A stretch of DNA of 64,000 bases from Marsupella aquatica (taxonomy: Eukaryota > Plantae > Marchantiophyta): NCBI GenBank assembly GCA_973895155.1, contig OZ316894.1, forward strand, positions 10,633,874 through 10,697,873, in the 5' to 3' direction. Positions 13,601 to 25,433 of this stretch are shown piece after piece. Position numbers and translations under genes: made by a program. Positions within the stretch are counted from its first letter, which is position 1; every line of letters begins with the position of its first letter. The notes under the pieces are model-generated. The model did not search any database, was not told where the DNA came from, and saw nothing but the letters and a program-made list of their open reading frames with translations.

Positions 13601-14715
13601 ACTGTGGAAAAAGCATCAATAAAGACCAGTAGGAGATCTCCATAGGATGCGCCAAGATAAGCTGCATGAGTTGCAACAAGGAGGACCGAACTAAAGGGCA
13701 CAGCGCCAGAGGAATGTGGTTATAAAGGCGAGGTCTAATGTACCCTGGATGGTGGGCTGGAAGGGGGTCTAGAGTGCGAATCCAACTCCATGCCTGCTCG
13801 GGAGCCTCCAAGGAGGGAGGGGCAGAGCTAACAGGGTCAATAGGGGGCTGAGGCTGGGATTGTGCTTGCTGGCAACGATGGCACCACCCCCGCCCGCGAT
13901 GATGAGGGAGGGAGATGCCCACCCATCCACAGTCAGGACAAGTATGCAGGGGACGCTCGTCCGGGGAGGGAGAAGGGAAAGACTGGACAGGAGGTGGGGG
14001 TGGAACAGATGTGGACGAGGAGGCCGGAGGAGGATGGTAAATGGGTGGAGGGGGAATGGGGTGGGGAGAGGAGCCTGGGCGACGACGGGGTGGGCAGTAG
14101 ACTGGGGGGACTGGCAGAGCATCGGGCATGGGGTCATCACGAAGATGAGAGAGATCCAATGAAGAAGAGCAAACACGAAGACGACCACGAGGGGGGGGGA
14201 GGATGGGGGAGAAGTGTGTGGTGAGGCTGGGCGCTTGCCCCGCGCCAACACCCTCAACGCAGACATGACGGGCCACAACCCGGTAAAAGCAAAAACACAT
14301 CAAGAAGCGACAAAAGGCCCAACCAAGGCATGTGAAAAGAAAGGGGAGGCGATGGAGAGAGCCCACTGCATCAGGTCGAGAAACGGCACCAACTGCCAGC
14401 CTAGGAAACCATTGAGCAGGTGCAGGCACAGTAGGGAGCAAAGCTGAAGCACTCATCGATGTGTCCATTGGGGAGTCGACGCGAGTGGAGATCCATCGTT
14501 GGGGCTGATCTTGGGGTCGGTTTGAAGCGCCTCGAGAAGAGCTTTCCGAATCAGTTGACAGATCCAGATTCCAAGTAAAATTGAGGGAGATATGGTCCCG
14601 AAATTGTCACGAAAAATCACCCTGCCGAAACCCAAGAAGAAAGTCGAAATCAAAACCGAAGAGAACTGTGGCGAAACTCGACCGTTTGGGCTGATCTTGG
14701 GGTCGATTCGTCACA
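10630..14715 (-). mobile_element. CRE-clade-like non-LTR retrotransposon (zinc finger + RT + CCHC + restriction-like endonuclease), frameshifted
   Basis: N-terminal CPDCGWVGISLPHHRGRGWC finger. RT motifs GVRPIAIGE, QVDVSNAFN, GTHQGDPLG and SLSDD. C-terminal CTCG..D..GVHLLRC, HDVVRD, DL...ADVVV, KEAKY and FLPLALELFG. T-rich 3' UTR ending in (TA)n. Candidate 8-bp TSD CTCATAAG at 10622-10629 and 14716-14723. Confidence 0.9.
10873..14468 (-). pseudogene. Single RT-RLE polyprotein ORF of the CRE-like element, broken by about 3 frameshifts
   Basis: ORFs 13263-14468, 13084-13272, 11350-13065 and 10873-11340 give consecutive domains in different frames. Confidence 0.88.
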
Positions 14716-15859
14716 CTCATAAGGAGTGTGACGAATGTCTAGAGATATTCTTTATCTATTTCTCCTGAACTGTTTTATGGCCGTTAGATATCCCTAGATT
14801 TATGGAATACCATTAGATTCTGGTGAAGGGGGTCCATGGTTTGGTGTGAAATTGGTCAATGCAATAAAACGAATCTACTATAGTGATGTTTTGCTAAAAG
14901 TGGCCTACCCTTTTGGGGGAGATGGAATTTGGAAAAAATTGGCACCTTAGAACACGCTGATTCAGAGTTTCCAGTCACTCTACACTGTCCCCACAAGTAC
15001 TATAATAGTAGCCTGAATGATCGCCAAAAGTTAATTAAATTTGCTTTCTAGAGATGCCGCCTCCATGTTGAAGAAGGATGTTGCACTTTTTCTAATATTG
15101 TCAAAAGATGTGTTTGCGACATATTGGATCGCATAAGACTCCCAAACACCTAGCCACAAGATGTGTTCACCACATATTTGAGGACATAACAAGTTTTCAA
15201 AGCATTTGGCTTGGTCTACTACAATATCTTGAATTGAATTCTTCCCAATTTCTTTTTCCACTACTGATGGATTTGAAAGTTCAATTTGCTGCACTGGGCT
15301 CTAGAATGTTTGAAATTATTTATCATTTGTGCAAATCTAGTTTCTACTAGGGTAGGGTTACTCCCAGTAAAACACTGGTGAAGACACGTTTGGGCTCTTG
15401 TCATGAATTAGTGCTAAGGGGGCTTTACAAGAACTCAGAGGCTTGCCTGTTTTTTTTTGTCAAAGATGCAATCCTAACCATTCAAATCTGGGAACAGGTC
15501 AGGCTTGACTTAACTTAAACTTGGAGGCACAATTTGGCCGAACCACTGCTAATCCTAGTTCCTTATATTGATATGGTCTATTCAGGATAATTAACACTAT
15601 ACAATTGATTGCTAGAATTCACATCTCTAAGTGAGTTGCTGCAGGACACCGTGAGGCTAGTTCCCGGAGGAGTGTCTTTCCATGAGGATAGACCTAAACC
15701 CAAGGCCAGTTTTTTCCACATCTAACCCAACTCCATCCAATAACAAACCAGAAGTTAACGTAGTAATGATCTCAAATGGATCACAATTCAAAGTGGGGCC
15801 CAAGAATTAATGAAAAGAAATGATGGTAAAAAGAAACAACCAAACAAGGTAGTTTACAC

Positions 15860-17952
15860 GTTACTGGATCCCATAACCTATAACCCTTTAGACCTTTCTG
15901 ATAGCCAAGGAAAATGCACTTCTTCGACTTGGTGTAAGTACATAAGCATCATATTCAAAAATCCTCAGATGTGAGTAATCTGTTGGACGCCCGTATCTCA
16001 TTTCAAATGGCGTCTTGAATCCAATAGAACTTGATGGAGAAAAAATTACCAAATAAGTTGCAGTGTTGACAACTTCAGCCCAAAAACTCATGTGGTAAGC
16101 ATGATTGACTCAACATACTCCTCGAGAGTTCCAATAATGTTCGGTTGAGTCTCTCAGAAATACTATTCTGCTGAGGAGTATAACTTGTTGTGAGATGGCG
16201 GGTAATCCCCTGCTCCTTACAATACGTTCCAAATTCCCTGGAACTGTATTCACCGCCGTTATCCGATCAAGATATCTCACCTTATTACCATTCTGATTCT
16301 CTACTTGGGTTTCCATTCCTTTAAAGTGGCAAAAACATCAGACTTACTGTGTAGAAAGTATATCCATACATACCTTGAGTAATCGTCTATGAACGTGACA
16401 TAGTATAACCGTCCAGAATATGAGGGAGTAGGGGCTGGACTCCACACATCACTATGTACATACTCAAGCACCTCCTTGATGGTGTGAGTTCCAACTCCGA
16501 AGGGTTTCCTATGCTACTTCCAACTCCGAAGGGTTCCCAAGCACACAATGCTCACAGAATTCCAACTTACAAGATTGCAAATTAGAAAGTAATCCTTTCT
16601 TCTGAAGAATAACCAAACCTTTTTCACTCATGTGACCCAAACGGAAGTGCCATAGCTGGGTCGTCTCCTCATGAGATAAGGTTACATTGGCTTCATCACA
16701 GACTACACTGCCCTCCAAAACATATAGATTGCTATGTCTCTTTCCCTTCAATACAACTTTAGTACCAGTTGAAACTTGAAGGACACCATTAGCAGAACTC
16801 CACTGATGGCCATTTGCTTCTAAAACTCCAAGTGAAATGAGATTTTTCATCATGCTGGGAATATGTCTCACATTCCTCAACGTTCTCACAGCATCATCAA
16901 ACATCTGAAATCTTACAGATCCAAGTCTAACAACTTGACATGGGATTCCATTTCCCATCAACACTGACGCGTTGGAAACCATGTAAGAACTGAAAAATCT
17001 CTCCTCGAGCAAATGTGAAAAGTACATACACTATCTAGAATCCAGTCATCACTACCTGGATTTGACATTACGTTGTGAGCATAACCTTAGCATCACAATA
17101 TGTCATCATCATCGAGTAAATCTACCTCATGCGAGCTTGATGCCGCGTTTGCTGATGCAGTAGGGTCCTTTACTCGACAATCCCTTTTCATGTGGTCAGG
17201 CTTGCCACATTTCCAACATGCAAGAGGCTGCCTCTCTTGCGATTTCCTTCTAGATTTAGATCTTCCCCGTGATGTAGATCTAAACCTGTTCTGCCCATTT
17301 GAGTGCTGCGCTGCTCTCCCACGGTTCATGTTCAGCGCAGTGCTAGAAGAAGATGCTATGTGTGATTGACCCAGCTTCTTTTGAGCATCATCAGATAGTA
17401 AAGAACTCACCACCTCATTATACAAAATTGACTTCAGATCTCTATACAAGAGCACCTGTTTCAAGCCCTAATATGACGGCGGCAAGGACCTTAGTAGAAG
17501 CAAGGCCTTATCCTCATCTTCAACTCCTTTTCCCACGTTTGACAAGTCCACCGCTAGACTGTCAAACTCATCCAGGTGATCCTGCAGCTTGCTCCCTTCC
17601 TTGAGCCTAAGGCTCATCAAGAGAGACTTATTGTACAGCCGGTTTGGCGTATCTTCCCGGTAGTACTTCTCCCTTAGGGCCTTGAATAGTGATGCGCAAT
17701 CCGCATAATCATCCAACTTCTTGATGATGTGCGGCTTGAGATATAGCATCACTGCATTGACAACAATCACCTGCTCTTGTTTCCATTGCTTCTCTGAGAT
17801 CTCTTCCTCTCCATCATACTGCTCTCGCGAAGAGAGCAGATGAGCTAAGCCCATGGCCCGTAGAACACCCTTCACTTGCTTCTCTCACAGCAAGTAATCA
17901 GTACGACCATCGTACTTCTCCACCTCAAACTTCACTCCTCCGAATCTTGCCA
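15860..17952 (-). pseudogene. Degenerate gag-protease-integrase of the Tork-like Copia
   Basis: ORFs 17468-17875, 17093-17464, 16509-17027, 16110-16316 and 15888-16091 are separated by stops and frameshifts. Confidence 0.88.
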
Positions 17953-20068
17953 TCTCTTTCTTCTTCCCAACTACCAACAGCTCTAGTAGTAGTACAACCT
18001 CCTCCACTGCACGCCGCACCGGTGATCCTACCGGTGACACTGTCTAGTTCTTCCTCAAACGGTAGAAGCTCCTCCTCAGACTCTCTGTTTAACCGTCGCG
18101 ATCCTGAAGCTCCACCGACGCCAATTCTTCCAGTATCCTCCAAGTCACTCATATGAAATAATCATGAAAAAATGTCATTTTTTGAAACTTCTCATAAAAC
18201 TCAAAACTCAACACCACCGCGTAGCCCACGAAGCTAGGAGTCCAATACTGAAAGCCGAAATCAAAATCAAAATTCGACGGAAAAGTTATTCAAATTTTGG
18301 TCGGGGTGGGTAAAACCTTGGGAAACTCCCCCGTTTTGACCACCTCAGGGAATAACCAAAATACCCAGTACAACCCGTTGTTGGAATCGCGATGTGATCG
18401 GTGCGCCGCGTTGCTAACTCCAATGGCAACGTCCTCACCAAAAAAAACCAAAAAGTTACCGTTCGGCAGACGAAATCTTCGTCGAACGACCAAAAACAAC
18501 TCTATGTTTTTTTGGGAATATTCCCGCACAGTCCGATAGGTCTCATAGGGGGCCGTTTCCTCTGTCGGAGCGGTTAAAATGGAGGGTCACAGGGCCCGGG
18601 ATAGCCAATAGACGAGCTGGCAAAAAAAAGGCCCTTAAAAGGGGGTGTAAAGGCCTTTAAAGAAAAATACGCCCAAAACGCGCATCCACAAGGCGGGCCA
18701 GGCAGGGTATAGGGAGGGCTTATGGTCGGGGCGAGTATTGTTGGGGACTAGAGGGAGAGGCGACCGGCTGCCTTTGGCAGCGCACAACCGCGAATGTAGG
18801 TAGTAAGACGGCGGGGGCTCGTTGTAGGGGTCCCAGGCGGGGTCGGGGTCCAAAGAGGAGCGATCGGCGGCTGCTGCCTACCGTTGCGCAAAGCAGGAGC
18901 AGGGTCGTGGGGGCTATCTTAAGGCCGGCGTGAATGAGGGCACGGCCGGGGGTAGGCAGTCGGTCGGGGGGAGGGTCCGGTAGCACTTATAGCGCCGGCC
19001 GGTGTTGCGTGATGCGCCGTTGCGCCTGAATAAACGGGAGTGCGGGGGGTAAAAGAGGTGTATACGGGGCCGGGACGGGGTATGAGGTGTGTATACACAC
19101 CTCGTGTGTGTATTACACACACCAAGTGACCCCCTTAAAGCCAAAATTTTTACTTAATTTTTTTTTTCCGATTTACTCACCTTGCCGTCGCCGTTTTCAA
19201 TGAGTAAAGTGAACGCCGCCGACGGGAAATGTTGCCGAATTTCACCGGTGCAATCTGCAACTCAAGCACTGCAAAAGCTTCCGCCGCGTCGCCTTCACAC
19301 CGCGTCAAGTGCCAATCTCGGGCTCAAAACGACTGCCTCGCTGTGATCAACCCGTTGAGCCGTAGCACTACGCGTTTCTTCCACTGAGTTGGACATTACG
19401 AAGAGAAACCCGGTTCAGATGAGAACAAGCTCCATAGCTTGTAAAAAAAACCTGAACACCTCCGTCACTCATCACGTCGCACTCGGTAACAAGTCGGTAG
19501 CAATCAAGCTACCGAAACGACCAACTTGCTTCAACCTTCAACTTGAGCTATAATGTGTGATCCCTCCCGCACCGCACAGCTCACACCGTTGAAAAACGCA
19601 AACTTTGGTCTCTCCCTGGTCTCTCCCCCGAAAAGCTGTCAAACACGAATAAAACCTGAACGACACAAATTTCAATTCCTCCGCACCACGGATAACGATC
19701 AGCGAGTTCTAACCACCGTTACAAAGCCCTCTCACTAACCTATCCGCTCAGCCACACACATTCAAGTTTCATGTGATGAAACTCCGAATGTACCATCGAC
19801 AATGAATGCTGGAAAAACCCATCACGAAAAAACCTCGTCACCTCCCAGACATGCTCTGATACCACTTGTTGAGCATAGACGACATTCGTAACGGCAAGCC
19901 CATGAACTATCCAACGCACAATAGTCGACACAGAGAGATACGTGGTCCACCTCCACATGAGGTCATGTCCACGGGAACACACAAGAGCTTTACTGCACTC
20001 TAGGCCGATCGGCCATACCAAGTATTTACAACACAAGCTCTCCCTATCTCTCAACTAGCTCCGTAACA
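15860..20068 (-). mobile_element. Ty1/Copia LTR retrotransposon (Tork/Tnt1-like), 3'-truncated: 5' LTR, long leader, gag-PR-IN only
   Basis: PBS TGGTATCAGAGC (tRNA-iMet) at 19864-19853 lies next to a TGTT...AACA LTR candidate at 19867-20068 (distal end tentative). Gag has VKFEVEKYDG, LLLLRSLPPSY and the CWKCGKPDHMKRDC knuckle. GAG-pre-integrase LWHFRLGHMSEKG...CEHC. Integrase end FWAEVVNTATYL. No RT, RNase H or 3' LTR was seen. Confidence 0.9.
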
Positions 20069-22999
20069 ATGAGCCTATTGTAAGTTCCACCCAAGGTCTG
20101 GCATTAGCCTTGACTATATGCACAACAGCACTACCGCTAACATTAGCTAAGTCCTAACCCGAGTTAGACTAATTGTGGTTAGCTCATGAGTCACAAGACT
20201 AGAGCAATATCTAACAAGTACCGTCATCTTATTCTCATGTATGTCAGCCAATCCACTTGGGTATGACAATGCATCACTTGGGAGAGGATAGAGATCAAAG
20301 AAGAGGAAAGGCTCTACTGAATCCAGTATTGGAGGCTTTTCTAATTGTTGGGCCTCCAATTGATGAGCCAGGTTTTGGGTTTGGCATCCATTCACCTCTA
20401 TTATCCTACTAGCCAATGGATCATCATGCCCACTTCCAGTTCCATCCCCAATGTCAGAGTGGTCCAGAATCTAGACCCTAGACCCTTATTGCTTTCGATG
20501 CCTTATTGGATACATTTGAAACCCCATACTCAATGTTTAGTTTGGTTCGCAAATTGACTGTTTCTGTGATGTGAGCTGATGAAAAAGTTATCGAAAAACA
20601 TGATTTCACTACAGGAACAGGGCAACCTTTCGGAATGAAGTGAGTCAGAAAGTCGCTTTTGCCATTGATGAAGTGACTTTGTTGCACCAGGAGCTTTTCT
20701 TGGGCAGGGATCCTTTTCTGCAGCTCTCTACGAACATTTACACCAGGTCCGTCTATCTGTCTCTCTAGCATTCCCTAGAATCTGACCGTGGTCTCTAAGT
20801 AATTAGAACTTTGGGCGTTCTGTTCGGTAGGGAGCTTGCTGCTGGCTTTTTACGACGTCAGAAGATCTGGAGCTTCAGCTAAAAGGCATTAGACCATTGT
20901 TGCTGCCAACGAGATCTAATGAAATCCTGCTGTTATGTATTCTCTCTGGCCGAATTTTGCTTTTGAGGTGGACTGTTCTGAGGACAACAGCAGCTCTGTG
21001 ATGGAGGGAGGCAAAGTCAGGTCTCTTGAACGTCCTTGAGGCAACCGTTGATTATGAACACTTTTGAGAGAATTCTGACAGTAGAGGGCTGTCAGTCGAA
21101 ATTGATAACATACTCACTTTAGTATAGGTTCAAGGGATTTTATTAGCAGGTTGATTTGTCTGCTAAAACTCAAGCCAGATCTCGTTGAAACATGCATATG
21201 TAAAGAGTTTTTGTGCCGTCAGGTAGATCCATGTTATCAGATACTTTGCGTCGCTGAGCATCTGGTTTCAATTTCTGTTGCGCTGGTCAACTTTTTCTGA
21301 TGTCTCAAGGGCCGGCCCTGCCAGGCCCAGCGTATGTATCTGGTAATTACGCCCTTGAACGCGTAATCATCCAAAATGAATTTGGTGGTTTCTGCTTGCA
21401 TTTTAATACCGAGTGGTTATCCTTCACTTGAACAGAGTATAGGATAACGAGAATGACTCGTTCAAATCCATTTTTGCAAACTCCTAAGCCATCCGAGTTT
21501 TTCATTCAACGGATGGGAGGGCCCCCACTCTATTATCGGAGAAGTCAGAATATGGTTTTCTCGTATCAAGATTGGTATTCCCAGTTTATAATTAATTGGA
21601 AGCTCAAGAGGGTCCAAACCCTTTTCCATATTGTTGATTGTAATCAGTATTTGATATGCGAACTATGTCGATGTATACAAATAAGTGGTGGAAAACGTAA
21701 ATTACTCTACCCACTTAGTGATGAGTGCGCAGGACATCCGGCTTTGATAGGTCGCCAGGCAGTAACTGAGCAAGCAGCTCAGCATTGGTTACAGCACAGG
21801 AGGGCTACTGTGGACACTGTCGAAGCCATTGACTCTGACTCAAAAAGTAGGATGTGGAGCTCCTCCAGGTGCATTGCTGCCCAGATGCACCTACTTTGAC
21901 ATTTGTTACTCTAGTATGCTCACAGCCTTATCACTAAAGTTCCATTCTGCCATGTGATGTCAGCTTTTTCTATATTTTTCTGGTTGACATTGAAGATTCT
22001 GAGAAACTCAAGAAGATGTGGTGATTGATCTGGTCAGGGTGAGTGAGTACCTCTCTGGAGTCCATGCTGATGAAACAAGTCGACTGTCTGTTGCTCATGC
22101 AGGCACACTGCCTTTTCCTGTTGGCCGGTAAAGAGAAGATGAGCGGTCAAACCAGGCGTGCAAGTGGTCGGCCGATAACCTTATCTTTGAGATTTGCATC
22201 CTCATGTAAACTGCAGGGATGGTGGTTGCAATTTGGAGTATCCGGATATTGCGAAAACAAATCCAGTTTTCCATTCTGGAAGCTTCAAGTAAACCTACAC
22301 TGTCGAAGATTTACCAATCTCTACGAGTATCTGCCGCCAGCCTGTGGTGGTAGGGGATGTGGCTGATGTCGTACGAGCAATTAATCTCGTAGAACAACGT
22401 GACACTGTCTACACTATTGAAAACTTCTCTACTCTGAGGACCTTGACGAAGAGAGGATGTTTTTCGTCCAGCTACGGGACCGTCAATTTGATGATTGCAT
22501 TTGCATCAGGGTTCAACCTAAAGCAATCTGGATCGATGTCATCTCGCATGGTCCCGTATCTACGGATGCATCTATTTTGCGTAATTTGAAATCCAAGATC
22601 TTAAACCCCAAAAACTTCCTTTACCTGATGACTTCGACTGCTTCAATCCGAGTCCCGTCTACTGCTCAGCCTTTCTGTCTCACGCGTCCCTTTATTTGTA
22701 GGTCTTCTCCATGCGGTACAGTGTATGCCGGTGAACTTTCAGTGGACTTTGACTATTCTATCGTCGAATATTTCAAAGTAGCAAAGAAACACTTTCGTGA
22801 CCGGACATTGCCAGCAACTTTGCGAAAGAGTGTCGTCCACTGCTGTGCATCCGTGTCTGTACCAAGTTGTGCAAAGTTTTAGCCGTTCCTCAGCAGAACG
22901 TCGTTCCTCAGTAATTCTCTCGCTCTCCATTGTTTGGACTTGACTGAGTGTCTAGAATGATTGTTCAGCGAGGTACTTACTGACTGCGTGATTGTCAGC

Positions 23000-24440
23000 C
23001 ATCTTGTAAATTGAAGGGTTCTGAATTCACGAACCGAAAAGATACTGATGCTCTCAGCCAAATCCGCAAAGCCACCCCAGACCAGATACAGGATTCATTT
23101 CCGAGGGACAGGGCGTCACCAATTTCATCCGGCCTAGTCGAAGTCCATGTTTGCAAAATGGAATGAATTGAAGAGTTCTGAATTTGAACACAATGCGTCA
23201 CCGATTTCATCCGGCCTAATCGAAGTCCATGTTTGCAAAATGGAATAAACTGAAGGGTTCTGAATTTGAACGTCTCTGAATTTACAAACCAAAAAGACAC
23301 TAAGGGTATCAGCCAAAACCCACGAACCCACCACAGACACAGGATTCTCTTTGGAGGGGAAAATCCGCCACCATTTTCATCCGGCCTCGTCGAAAGTCTA
23401 TGGTTGCTCGTCGAAAGTCTATGGTTGCAAAACGGAATTGCGTTCTCACAATCGAGAGTCTTTTTCAACGGGAGCAAAAGAAGTCCATGTTTGCAAAATG
23501 GAACAAATTGAAGGGTTTCTGAAATTGAAGGTCTCTTCTGAATTAACAAACCAAAAAGACACTCAGGCTATCTATCAGCCAACAACGCCCACGAATCCAC
23601 GACAGCAGACACAGGATTCTCTTTGAAGGGGAAAATCCGCCACCATTTTCATCCGGCCTCGTCCAAGTCTATGTTTGCAAAATGGAATTGCGTTCTCACA
23701 ATCGAGAGTTTTTTTCAACGGGAGCAAAAGAAGTCCATGTTTGCAAAATGGAACAAATTGAAGGGTTTCTGAAATTGAAGGTCTCTTCTGAATTAACAAT
23801 CCAAAAAGACACTCAGGCTATCTATCAGCCAACAACGCCCACGAATCCACGACAGCAGACACAGGATTCTCTTTGAAGGGGAAAATCCGCCACCATTTTC
23901 ATCCGGCCTCGTCCAAGTCTATGTTTGCAAAATGGAATTGCGTTCTCACAATCGAGAGTCTTTTTCAACGGGAGCAAAAGAAGTCCATGTTTGCAAAATG
24001 GAACAAATTGAAGGGTTTCTGAAATTGAAGGTCTCTTCTGAATTTACAAACCAAAAAGACACTCAGGCTATCTATCAGCCAACAACAACCACGAATCCAC
24101 GACAGCAGACACAGGATTCTCTTTGGAGGGGAAAATCCGCCACCATTTTCATCCGGCCTCGTCCAAGTCTATGTTTGCAAAATGGAATTGCGTTCTCACA
24201 ATCGAGAGTCTTTTTCAACGTGAGCAAAAGAAGTCCATGTTTGCAAATTGGAATAAAGAAGGGTTTCTGAAATTGAAGGTCTCTTCTGAATTTACAAACC
24301 AAAAAGACACTCAGTATCAGCCAACAACACCCACGAACCCACCACAGCAGACACAGGATTCTCTTTGGAAGGTACAATCCGCCACCATTTTCATCCCGGT
24401 CTATGTTGGCAAAATGCAGCTGCGTTCTCGAGGACTCCAA
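23000..24440. repeat. Tandem satellite with a 250-bp unit (~5.5 copies, central copies nearly identical)
   Basis: AGGATTCTCTTTG(G/A)AGG at ~23341, 23613, 23863, 24113 and 24355. Each unit contains GTC(C/T)ATGTTTGCAAAATGGAA twice. Confidence 0.92.
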
Positions 24441-24474
24441 TATACATTACAGAAGTTTCAAGGAGACCAAAACC

Positions 24475-24546
24475 TGCCTCCACAGAGGATCGAACTCTGG
24501 ACCTTCAGTTTACAAGACTGACGCTCTACCACTGAGCTATAAAGGC
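24475..24546 (-). tRNA. trnT-UGU: tRNA-Thr (anticodon UGU)
   Basis: The reverse complement GCCTTTATAGCTCAGTGGTAGAGCGTCAGTCTTGTAAACTGAAGGTCCAGAGTTCGATCCTCTGTGGAGGCA folds to a 72-nt cloverleaf with A and B boxes. A TTTT Pol III terminator follows 3 nt downstream. Confidence 0.95.
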
Positions 24547-25125
24547 CAGCTGCATTACCGGTGAAGCAATAATATATTGAGCTTTTTACAAAGGGCGAGC
24601 TAAGTCTGACTTTGGACGAAAATTTTTAGTCTGTACCATCAGATCTGACTAGAGTTTATAATAATCGTCGGAACTCTCTGAGCATTTGTTGCACCATCTA
24701 CTTCACTTCAAAATAGGTGTAAATAACAATAAGTATTTGGAGATATACAATTCAAATGAGAACTTTGGGTGGTGAAATGTCGATGCAAGTAGGCGACAAT
24801 GAGCAAGCTAGACGTGGAATGAGTCCCCTTTGATAAGCAATTGAAGGACAAATTGACATTGCAAATGGCCAGCACAAAGTACAATATGGTAGATACTCTA
24901 GATTTTCCAGGTCAATCTGGATTGAAAATGAGTTGGCAAAAGAGATAATGCCAAGAAAGGCAATATAACCTTTTGATAAGGACACAAAAAAGTAGCCCTG
25001 CAAACTGGAGAGGTTTGTGGCTCATCACTTAGCTAATATCAAACAGAGATCAATCAGATACAATCAATCCTGCCAAAGATGGGGAATTGAACATGCTTGC
25101 AAAAGATGGATTATGAACATGGAAC

Positions 25126-25433
25126 TGTGGATTCTTTCTAATGATTGTAGAATTAAACCAGATTAACATTGGGCACATGCGTGCATAAATACATATTGGG
25201 TAGGACCCGGATAAGCGCCAACGACAAAAGACGACAAGCATGAGACTTTTATCATCCAAAATAATTGTGGTTAGGACAGACTAAGGGGCGTAGCCAGATT
25301 GATCCAAACGGATCTTGATCAGACGACCTACCCACTAAAAATGAGTGTGAGGCAATGAGAAGCACAACCACTTCTGACATCAAGACAAACGGGTGCCAGG
25401 AAGAGACAAATACTAAGTAGCATGATTCCAACA
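25126..25433 (-). repeat. 3' LTR of the host Copia
   Basis: Aligns with 44637-44940 (e.g. ATACATATTGGGTAGGACC, GGGTGCCAGGAAGAGA, GATTCCAACA). Adjacent to the PPT. Confidence 0.9.

Noticed and set aside
14660-14740. Hammerhead or HDV ribozyme at the CRE 5' end
   Set aside because: The CTGATGA core is absent (CTGATCT) and I could not build the HDV pseudoknot by eye.
21453-22882. ORF fragments with splice-like signals and a TIENFSTL (MATH-like) word
   Set aside because: No consistent frame or further domain motifs. It may be a decayed gene but cannot be supported.
23134-24521. Repeated ORFs (MELRSHNRE..., MLIQKRPSIS...) and a CRISPR-like periodic look
   Set aside because: These are translations of a 250-bp tandem unit (not a multiple of 3). 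There are no unique spacers or cas genes, and the context is eukaryotic.
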